From the NCBI GenBank assembly GCA_040771865.1, contig JAXGZF010000004.1, forward strand, positions 62,001 to 126,000: a stretch of 64,000 bases of DNA, written 5' to 3'. Each line of letters opens with the position of its first letter. Position 1 is the first letter of the stretch. The notes below the pieces were generated by a model. That model saw only the letters and a program-made list of their open reading frames with translations. It was not told the DNA's origin and searched no databases. Below are positions 56,425 to 64,000 of this stretch, one piece after another. Source of the DNA: Desulfobacterales bacterium. Lineage in GTDB: Bacteria; Desulfobacterota; Desulfobacteria; Desulfobacterales; UBA2245. The translations under genes were made by a program, and so were the position numbers.

Positions 56425-57600
56425 TTAATCAGCGTGCAGTGTTGACCCGTAGCGTATTTTCCCGACCAGCAGAATCATCGCGCCTGCCATTGCAATCACA
56501 GCGCTGATCAGAAAAAGATTGGCCGCACCGATGCGCTCGAAATAAATACCGTTTAAGAAAAAACCCGCCATCATGCCCAATCCGTAGCTCAGGGCGTTAT
56601 TGGCGGCCTGTCCGAAAGTTTTTCCTTCCAAAGGACTCAAGGCATCGATATACAGAATGCTGGCCATATGAAACGTGCCATAGGTGGCGGCATGAAGTAC
56701 CTGCAACATCAAAATGGCAATGGGACCCTTCGCGAAACACAGCGCCGTCCACCTGAATACCGCGGCGAGAAATGAAAAAAATAAAACATTTTCAATGGAA
56801 AACCTTCTGAAAATCGCTTCCGACCGCAGCATGACGACGATTTCAGCGCAGGAGGCCAGTGCCCAGGTCAATCCGATAAAGGTATTGTCGTATCCAAGAT
56901 GTTCCAGATGAATGGAAAAAAAACCATAGTAAGTCCCATGGCTGACCAGCATCAGGAATCCGCAGGTTAACAATATCACCATACGCGCGCTGAAAAGTTT
57001 CGTCCAGGAACCGTCCGGTATATGACTGCAACCGGCCGTGCTTTTGGGGATTTTGAAGGACATTGCCGCCTGAAGACACGAACCTGCAAAAATCAAACCC
57101 AGAATGATTCGAACGGAATACATATCGATCAGACGACCGGTCATCAGAACCAGAAGCACAAAACTGATCGAACCCCACACGCGAATGTTTCCATAGCTTT
57201 TCTTCTCGTTGCCCAGAATCTCCATGGTAAAGGCTTCCATAAAAGGAGTGAGCGGTGCGTAGAAAACGCCGTATGCGGCAACAAAAAACAAAAACCAGCG
57301 GAAATCAGAAAGACGAAAAAAAGCGGCCCAGATTATGGCGCATAGCACGGTGCACAGGATATAGATTGGTTTTCTCGCGCAATAACGGTCGGCGACCCTG
57401 CCCCAAATCAAGGGGAAAACCACCAGGCAAAGGGATCTGAGCGCTGAAATAACGCCGATCTGAAAAGCGGAGAAGTTAATATGGTAGCAATACAGATTGA
57501 AATACGGGAGAAAAACGCCCATGATGCCAAAAATCATCACATACTGGGCGCTGACAACAATTTTGCGAGACCGTGTGTCCATACACGGTTCATAAGCCAT
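56425..57600 (-). CDS. MFS transporter (HcaT/MFS_1-like)
   Basis: About 12 TM segments; PYFNLY, WGRVADR, YGNIRVWGSI, QVLHAATYG; start 57600 or 57582. Confidence 0.85.
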   Translation of the reverse strand: MAYEPCMDTRSRKIVVSAQYVMIFGIMGVFLPYFNLYCYHINFSAFQIGVISALRSLCLVVFPLIWGRVADRYCARKPIYILCTVLCAIIWAAFFRLSDFRWFLFFVAAYGVFYAPLTPFMEAFTMEILGNEKKSYGNIRVWGSISFVLLVLMTGRLIDMYSVRIILGLIFAGSCLQAAMSFKIPKSTAGCSHIPDGSWTKLFSARMVILLTCGFLMLVSHGTYYGFFSIHLEHLGYDNTFIGLTWALASCAEIVVMLRSEAIFRRFSIENVLFFSFLAAVFRWTALCFAKGPIAILMLQVLHAATYGTFHMASILYIDALSPLEGKTFGQAANNALSYGLGMMAGFFLNGIYFERIGAANLFLISAVIAMAGAMILLVGKIRYGSTLHAD

Positions 57601-57743
57601 TTGCTTGAAAATTGCAATTTTCAGAAAAAATCCGGTATTCAGGGACGCGTCTTCCGATACGGTCCAGCTCTGCTCGCGGTTTCTTGACACGGGCAGGGCT
57701 TTCTGATAGCGGTTCACATCATGATCAAAAAAAGGGGAGACCT

Positions 57744-57917
57744 ATGAGTTCTATGGATGAGCAAATTTTGAGATCCGCCAAGGAGATCACCGTCAAATTT
57801 ATCGAGGTGGGCCGGGTGACCCCTCAGGGTTTTCCGGAGATTTTCCGTACGATTTACAGCGCCATTCTGGATGCCGTTAAAAATCCTTCAAAACCGGAAG
57901 ATTCAACCCAGAAATAA
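57744..57917 (+). CDS. Small hypothetical protein (57 aa)
   Basis: GGGGAG RBS; MDEQILRSAKEITVKFIEVGRVTP..F...F..IY amphipathic sequence. Confidence 0.75.
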   Translation: MSSMDEQILRSAKEITVKFIEVGRVTPQGFPEIFRTIYSAILDAVKNPSKPEDSTQK

Positions 57918-57985
57918 GGACTTAGTGCATCAGGACAGCGATATTTTCGATTGCAGCCCGGATTCCCTCAAATAGCATTTATGCG

Positions 57986-60655
57986 CTAATGGGCCTCGGC
58001 CCAGTTGTTTCCCGTCGCAACATTGACTTTCAACGGCGCCTTTAAATTCCAAATGTTTTCCATGATCCGGACGACCATCTCCTTGACCGTGTCAACCTCC
58101 TCTGGCGGGGATTCAAAAACCAGTTCGTCGTGAACCGACAGGAGCATGGCGGTCTGAAGCTTTTTTTCTCTCAGGTCCGCATCCACCTGAATCATGGCCA
58201 GCTTGATCAGGTCCGCAGCCGTTCCCTGAATCGGCGTGTTGACCGCCGTTCGTTCCGCAAACTGACGCAAGTTCCTGTTGGAGCTGTTGATGTCCGGAAG
58301 CAGACGGATCCTTCCCAGCAGAGTGGAGGTACGGCCGGTCTTTCTGGATTCCGCTATGGTCCGGTCGATGAAATTCTTGACGCCTTGGTAGCGCGAAAAA
58401 TAGTTGTCGATATATTTTTTCGCCATGATCTGGCTGATATCAAGGGCCTTGGAAAGCCCAAAGGGGCTCATGCCGTAAATGATTCCGAAGTTGATAACCT
58501 TGGCCTGGCGGCGCAGCTCCGGCGTGATCATAGAAGGAAACACCTGAAAAACTTCGGCCGCGGTACGCACATGAATGTCCTCGTCGTCCTGAAAGGCCTT
58601 GATCAGGATCGGATCCTCGGAACAGTGGGCAAAAATGCGCAGCTCGATCTGAGAATAATCCGCCGAAATCATCTGCCAGCCTTCCCGAGGAATGAACATG
58701 CTGCGAATTCGGCGGCCCTCCTCGGTGCGAATGGGAATGTTCTGAAGATTGGGATCCGAGCTGCTCAGGCGACCGGTGGCCGTGACCGTCTGGTTGAAAG
58801 AGGTGTGAATCCGTCCGGTTTGCGGATGCACCAGCTCGACCAGCGCGTCGGCGTAGGTGGATTTGAGCTTGGCCAGGGTCCGATGATTCAGGATCATGGC
58901 GGGCAGTTCGTGGCGATGGGCCAGTTCGGTCAGTACTTCCATATCTGTGGAATACCCGGTTTTCTTCCGGGTTTTCTTCTGAACCGGCAACCCGAGCTTT
59001 TCAAACAGAATTTCTCCGATCTGCTGGGAGGACTTGATGTTGAACCGTTCGCCGCACATGCTGTAGATGGATGTCTCGATCTGTTCAAGCTGATGTTCGA
59101 AAGATTTGGAAAGATCGCGAAGCCCCTTCACATCCACGCGAATGCCCTGCATCTCCATCCGCATGAGCACGGGCACCAGGGGCATTTCCACGTTGCGCAT
59201 GAGTTCATCGAGCCCCATTTCAGAAAGTTTTCCGGAAAGCACCCGGAAGGCGGCCAGGGTGACATCGGCATCCTCGCAGGCATAGGGCACGGCCTTTTCC
59301 AGAGAAACCGCGTTAAACCCGACCGCGCTCTTTCCCTTGCCTGCCACGTCCTCGTAGGTGATGGTCTTGTGATCTAGAAAATCCAGTGCGATCTGGTCCA
59401 GATTGTGGGCCCGTTTAGAAGGGTTGATCAGATAGGACGCCAGCATGGTGTCGAAAACCACGCCTTCGAGTGAAACTCCGTTGCGGGCAAGCACGATCCA
59501 GTCGTATTTGATGTTCTGGCCGACCTTGCCGATATCCGGGTTTTTCAGAACCGGGCCAAGGCGATTCAAAACCGTTTTCATCTCAAGCTGTTGCACCTGA
59601 GGGTCATCGTGACCTACGGGAATATAGAAGGCCTCCTCCGGCTGAAGACTGAAAGAAAGACCCACGAGTCTTGCCTTCATGGGATCGATATCCGTGGTCT
59701 CGGTATCCAGGGCAAAAAGCACGGATGACTCGAGGCGGTCGATGAGCCCGGCCAAATCATTTTCGTCCTGAATTGCACGGTATCGCTTGTCTTTAAGGTC
59801 TGCGGGCCTGGAGACCGACTGCTGAAGCTGGCGGAACTCAAGTTCCTGAAAAAGACCGGAGAGCCTTTCTCCGTCCGGCGCCTGAAGCTTGAAGCTTTCC
59901 GGCTCAAAAGGCAGGGGGACGGTGGTGTCGATCGTAACCAGCTTCCGGCTGAGCAGAGCGAGTTCCTTTGCCTGAATCAGGTTTTCCTTCTGCTTCTTTC
60001 GGGGAATCTCGTCGATCCGGTTGTAAAGATTCTCGATGCTTCCGAACTCCTGAATCAGAGTCAGCGCGGTTTTCTGCCCGATCCCGTGAACACCGGGAAT
60101 ATTGTCCGACACATCTCCGGATAGTCCCATGACCTCGACCATCTGGGCCGGTTCAACTCCGAAGGTCTTCTGGATCTCCTTCAGGTCAATGGTCTTGTCC
60201 TTCATGGGATCCCAGATGGTGCTTTTTTCGGTGACCAGCTGCATGAAATCCTTGTCTCCGGTAACCATGACCACCTCAAATCCCTGCTCCTGCGCCATGC
60301 GGGAAAGGGTTCCGATGATGTCATCCGCCTCATAGCCTGGCATTTCAAGCACCGGCAAGTTGTAGGCCCGGCTGATCTCCTTGATGTAGGGAATCTGGAC
60401 GGACATATCTTCAGGCATGGGCGGGCGGTTGGCCTTATAATCCGAAAAAATTTCGTGGCGGAATGTCGGTCCTCTGGCGTCAAAAACCATAACCGCAAAT
60501 TCCGGGCTACGCTCCTCCATGAGCTTGATAAGCATGCGTGTGAATCCAAAAACCGCGTTGGTGGGAAGCCCCTTCGAGCTGGAAAGTCCGTGAATGGCGT
60601 GATAGGCCCGGTGAATGTAGGCGGTGCCGTCGATCAGGTAGAGGATTTTTTTCAT
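57986..60655 (-). CDS. polA: DNA polymerase I
   Basis: LIDG, YKANR, EADD (5'-3' exo); DTET (3'-5' exo); TGRLSS.DPNLQNIP, DYSQIELR, NTPIQGTAAD, VHDEL. Confidence 0.98.
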   Translation of the reverse strand: MKKILYLIDGTAYIHRAYHAIHGLSSSKGLPTNAVFGFTRMLIKLMEERSPEFAVMVFDARGPTFRHEIFSDYKANRPPMPEDMSVQIPYIKEISRAYNLPVLEMPGYEADDIIGTLSRMAQEQGFEVVMVTGDKDFMQLVTEKSTIWDPMKDKTIDLKEIQKTFGVEPAQMVEVMGLSGDVSDNIPGVHGIGQKTALTLIQEFGSIENLYNRIDEIPRKKQKENLIQAKELALLSRKLVTIDTTVPLPFEPESFKLQAPDGERLSGLFQELEFRQLQQSVSRPADLKDKRYRAIQDENDLAGLIDRLESSVLFALDTETTDIDPMKARLVGLSFSLQPEEAFYIPVGHDDPQVQQLEMKTVLNRLGPVLKNPDIGKVGQNIKYDWIVLARNGVSLEGVVFDTMLASYLINPSKRAHNLDQIALDFLDHKTITYEDVAGKGKSAVGFNAVSLEKAVPYACEDADVTLAAFRVLSGKLSEMGLDELMRNVEMPLVPVLMRMEMQGIRVDVKGLRDLSKSFEHQLEQIETSIYSMCGERFNIKSSQQIGEILFEKLGLPVQKKTRKKTGYSTDMEVLTELAHRHELPAMILNHRTLAKLKSTYADALVELVHPQTGRIHTSFNQTVTATGRLSSSDPNLQNIPIRTEEGRRIRSMFIPREGWQMISADYSQIELRIFAHCSEDPILIKAFQDDEDIHVRTAAEVFQVFPSMITPELRRQAKVINFGIIYGMSPFGLSKALDISQIMAKKYIDNYFSRYQGVKNFIDRTIAESRKTGRTSTLLGRIRLLPDINSSNRNLRQFAERTAVNTPIQGTAADLIKLAMIQVDADLREKKLQTAMLLSVHDELVFESPPEEVDTVKEMVVRIMENIWNLKAPLKVNVATGNNWAEAH

Positions 60656-61305
60656 TTTATGGATTTCTTTCCAATGGCAGATGTCGGCCGTCTATCAGCG
60701 CCGTCTTGTCTTTTTCAAATGCCCTATCATTGTTTGTGACGAATCACAAGAACCAGCCCGATATCCTCGAATCGATCGCATGTCTTGAATGAAACAGAAC
60801 GTGTTGAAATATCATTTGGGCAACACGCATTCTGCGCAACTGAATAATCACCATCGCTTTCAACGCTGAAAATGAGCGTTCGCCGAAGCACAAAGCAAGT
60901 TCTTAATTCGACGAGTCGAATGAGTCTTCCGAAAGTATGCCCTGCACCGGGACAATGCCCCGCCCGATGGGCATTCCTCCTATAAAAAATGAAGCATTCA
61001 CCCTATAGACATAAGATTGCATTCGCAATATGAAAAGTTCATCATATCAGATTTCGCATTTTTTGAAAGACTGCGGGCACCTTGGTGCTGACGCAATGGT
61101 GAATGAGCAAAAAATTGATGGATCGCATTTTGTCAACCCCAACCGTATTTCCTTTCCGAAACAAATACTGCCGTTTGAACAGCAATTCCGCTGGGCTTTG
61201 CAATCGTCTATTAAGGGCTTTCGTGATAATTTTACCCGAATTTCAACTTTTTCCGCACCGAAGTTCGGGATGCTGATCGCAACTTTTTGAAAGGAGAACA
61301 AAGGT

Positions 61306-61506
61306 ATGCCGGAAGGTATTGTAAAATGGTTCAACGACAAAAAGGGATATGGGTTCATTGAACAGGAAAACGGTCAGGACATCTTCGTTCATCATACCGC
61401 CATCGATATGCAGGGTTTCAGAACCCTTTCTGAAGGCGCCAAGGTGAGCTTCGAAGTATTTCAGAGCGAACGGGGGCCCGAAGCCAGGAAAGTCCTCAAG
61501 CTCTGA
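61306..61506 (+). CDS. Cold-shock protein (CspA family)
   Basis: [15 protein letters not shown] (RNP1), DIFVHH (RNP2); AAGGAG RBS. Confidence 0.96.
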   Translation: MPEGIVKWFNDKKGYGFIEQENGQDIFVHHTAIDMQGFRTLSEGAKVSFEVFQSERGPEARKVLKL

Positions 61507-61605
61507 TAAATGAATCCGGCTTGCCTGCGAGCGGCGTTTCATAACACCGCGAATTGTATTTCAAAATTAAAAAGCCGGAAGGCGGAGTGAATTCTGCCGG
61601 TTACT

Positions 61606-61648
61606 AAAAGCCTTGCAAGGATATGTTAGATCCTTGCAAGGCTTTTTT
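61606..61648. terminator. Bidirectional intrinsic terminator
   Basis: AAAAGCCTTGCAAGGA-loop-TCCTTGCAAGGCTTTTTT between convergent genes. Confidence 0.85.
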
Positions 61649-61668
61649 GTTGAAAAAATCAGCTTGAG

Positions 61669-62235
61669 CTAGGCTTCTTTGTAAAGCCGGTGGATGGTCT
61701 GGGCATGCCAGTTGCCCCGTCCGGAGAAAGTCGGAATATTTTTGTTTTCAAGATATTGCGCAATCTCGTTGTAGGTTGAGCCGGCATCGTACATCTCATG
61801 GATAATTTGAACGATGTTTTCGCGAGTCATTTCCCCTGATGATGCGGGTGGCTCAATAACCGTATTTTCTTCGTTTTCGATCGCTATTACCGGTTGGGGG
61901 CTCTCCTCGATTTCCATGTCGCCCACTAAATGCTTTCTCAGGGAGGCGGCAATTACTTCCAAGGCCGTAACCTTACGTTCCTCTGTTCGTACCTTGTTTT
62001 CGACCTCATCGGTCAGCCGTCTTTGATGATCCGTAATGGCTTCAAGTGTTTTCGACATTACAGGCAGAAGGTCCCGCAGCATGGCTTCAAGCTGTTCGCT
62101 GCCTTCAGACCGGCGTTGATTGGGATTTTTTCTGCGGAAGTTGGGATTCTGGCGATCCTGGGGATTGTAAACGCCGTTTTCATATGTACGTGGGGGGCGA
62201 TTGCCGGAACGATAATTCTGATAATAGTCACTCAT
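61669..62235 (-). CDS. Hypothetical protein with a disordered N-terminus, coiled coil and recombinase-like HTH C-terminus
   Basis: AGGAG RBS; C-terminal GSTYNEIAQYLE...IPTFSGRGNWHAQTIHRL. Confidence 0.8.
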   Translation of the reverse strand: MSDYYQNYRSGNRPPRTYENGVYNPQDRQNPNFRRKNPNQRRSEGSEQLEAMLRDLLPVMSKTLEAITDHQRRLTDEVENKVRTEERKVTALEVIAASLRKHLVGDMEIEESPQPVIAIENEENTVIEPPASSGEMTRENIVQIIHEMYDAGSTYNEIAQYLENKNIPTFSGRGNWHAQTIHRLYKEA

Positions 62236-62808
62236 CGGAAATACTCCTAAATTTCGGCGGCCCGAAGGCCTTTCATCGAGAAAAAATTATATGAACTGGC
62301 AGAAAGCCGCGTCTAAGCGCGAAATGCTGCGACCGGGCTGCGAAGTCATTGATCGTCGCAATCTAATGAAATTCAGGATCCATACCCGGCGATTTCAAAA
62401 AATACAAAAACAAATCGACTTAAAAAGTGTTTGCGCCCAAATTAACCAACTTTTGTATTGCAATTCCGCAGAACGTCACGTAGTTAACAAAAATCTGAAA
62501 AAACATCTCGCGACGATATCGTTGAATTTCGCCACTATTTTCATCTGAGCATTATTCCTATAATACCAGGAAATTTTCCTGTCAATATGGGAATTTCCCC
62601 TATCTGCATTTTTATTCAAAAAATCATGGAATCTTCTTGAGACTTATCCATATTTTCAATAACAAAATTGGTTTTATTCGAAGACCGATCGCATTCTTTG
62701 GAAGAAGGCAGCAGGGCCGCCTTCTGATGAGAGCTCATGCAAAAGAGGAGGGAAACTACGAGCGCAACCCTTGTGGAAAAGTATTGGTCTCAGCGCCTTT
62801 TCCCGGGC

Positions 62809-63999
62809 TCAGAGGGAAACATCAAATGCCTCTATCTGGCGTTGAAGTTCGAAATGGCTTTCAAACACCTGAGTATAAGCGCTGATCACGTTGAACCTTG
62901 CACGCGATAAATAAAAAATCGCGTCGAGCAAATCCGCGGAGGTATTCAGCCCCTGTTTAAAGGCCAGATCCGTTACCCGGAGATTTTCTTCGGCTTCCGT
63001 CCGGCTGCTTCTGGCCACCTGAAGATTTTCAAAGGCCACCTCCAGATCCAGAATCGTGTTGTGCAGCCGAGTTTTCAGCGCATTTTCAAGTTCATTGCGT
63101 TGATATTCCGACTTTTTCTCTTCGATTCGGGCGTAACGTATTCGGCTGTGTTTTTTCAATCCGTCAAAGACATTGATGGATACGGTTGCCTGAATTCGCA
63201 TATCGTCTTCCTGAAGATCTGAAGAACCGAAATAATAATCATCGAAGTTAAGCTTGCGGTAATTGGCAGAAACATCGGCGCGGGGATACAGTTGGGCTTT
63301 GGCGGACTGGACTTGGAAACGCGCTGCGGCAATCGCCTTTTCAAGCGCCAGAAGTTCGCTGCGGTTTTCCAGCAGCAGGGTTTCCATCTCAGCATAATCT
63401 GTGTTTTCAGGAATGTTCTCAAAGCATGAAAAGTCCAGGGTTTCCAGGGAAATTTCCTCGCCGGTTTCGCGCATCAGGGAATTGATGCTTTTCTGAACCG
63501 ATGCTTGCGCACGACGGGTCTCCTGTTCGGCATTGTCCAGTTCCACCTTGATTCGCAGCAGATCGCTTTTGGTCAGAATTCCCACCTGATGTTTGAGCGC
63601 CACCTCCCGGTACCGGTCCCGGTAGAGGGCAACCGCGTCCTCGGCGACCTTCAGATTGGCCTGGTTTCTGTAAACCTCGAGCATCAGCAGTGCTGTGTTC
63701 AGAAATATGTCCTGTTTCACCGCATTGAGTCCCAGCCGGTCGATCTCTTCGTTGACCCTGGCGGTCTTGAGATCAAAATTGTCCTTGAATCCCGCAAATA
63801 TATTCCATGTAATCGAACCTAGAAATCTGTCGTTTTGTTTGTATTCGCCGGCGGTCAGAGAATCATCTCTGAGCCGGTTCAACGTATAGCTGAAGTCCAC
63901 GGAAGGAAGAAAATTGCCCCGAACCTCCCGTATTTTTTGAATCTGCTGGTCGACATTCGCCTCATAGGTCTTGACCAGATCACGGTGCACCAGGGCCGC
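62809..63999 (-). CDS. TolC-family outer-membrane efflux protein, 5' end outside the window
   Basis: Two OEP repeats (FLPSVDF...WNIFAG; LYPRADV...INVFDG; AEENLRVT..AFKQGL...DLLDA); frame open to the window edge. Confidence 0.9.
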   Translation of the reverse strand, partial: AALVHRDLVKTYEANVDQQIQKIREVRGNFLPSVDFSYTLNRLRDDSLTAGEYKQNDRFLGSITWNIFAGFKDNFDLKTARVNEEIDRLGLNAVKQDIFLNTALLMLEVYRNQANLKVAEDAVALYRDRYREVALKHQVGILTKSDLLRIKVELDNAEQETRRAQASVQKSINSLMRETGEEISLETLDFSCFENIPENTDYAEMETLLLENRSELLALEKAIAAARFQVQSAKAQLYPRADVSANYRKLNFDDYYFGSSDLQEDDMRIQATVSINVFDGLKKHSRIRYARIEEKKSEYQRNELENALKTRLHNTILDLEVAFENLQVARSSRTEAEENLRVTDLAFKQGLNTSADLLDAIFYLSRARFNVISAYTQVFESHFELQRQIEAFDVSL

Positions 64000-64000
64000 C

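Noticed and set aside
58130..59377. 415-aa plus-strand ORF (likewise 43652-44644, 20600-21514, 33426-34292, 52977-53741)
   Set aside because: Antisense shadows of well-supported genes, as expected from codon bias in GC-rich DNA.

Overview
Mostly core chromosome of a moderately GC-rich bacterium. The gene set (IorAB, class II RNR, ATP-PEPCK, panB with a PanG-like gene, sigma54-driven glnA) suggests an anaerobic deltaproteobacterium, probably Desulfobacterales-like; this is an inference. About 45 intact CDSs are present, including thiE (partial, missed by the ORF track), a CNT transporter with a 5'-nucleotidase, a diguanylate cyclase, hrpA, nrdJ, recN, iorAB, pckA, ampG, a sirtuin/MBL/AcuB/HDAC run, an NB-ARC-TPR protein, a UbiB-type kinase, ETF-QO, rsmA, an M16C peptidase, panB, glnA, polA, csp and a partial TolC. 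I saw no rRNA, tRNA or CRISPR. Three things stand out. (1) A 1397-aa dikinase with PPDK ATP-grasp and phospho-His domains but no pyruvate-binding barrel, carrying a ~900-aa unknown N-terminus and followed by a divergent, enlarged GAPDH. (2) A ~600-bp scar (5331-5938) in which inward-facing 27-bp inverted repeats ending in GTCCCC, each followed by its own 14-bp-period tandem repeat, enclose fragments of an integron-type integrase and an IS66-like element. (3) A MerR regulator preceded by a separate 60-aa gene that is a free-standing copy of its C-terminal domain, under a 19-bp-spacer MerR-type promoter. All family assignments come from motif recognition by eye; no database searches were run.
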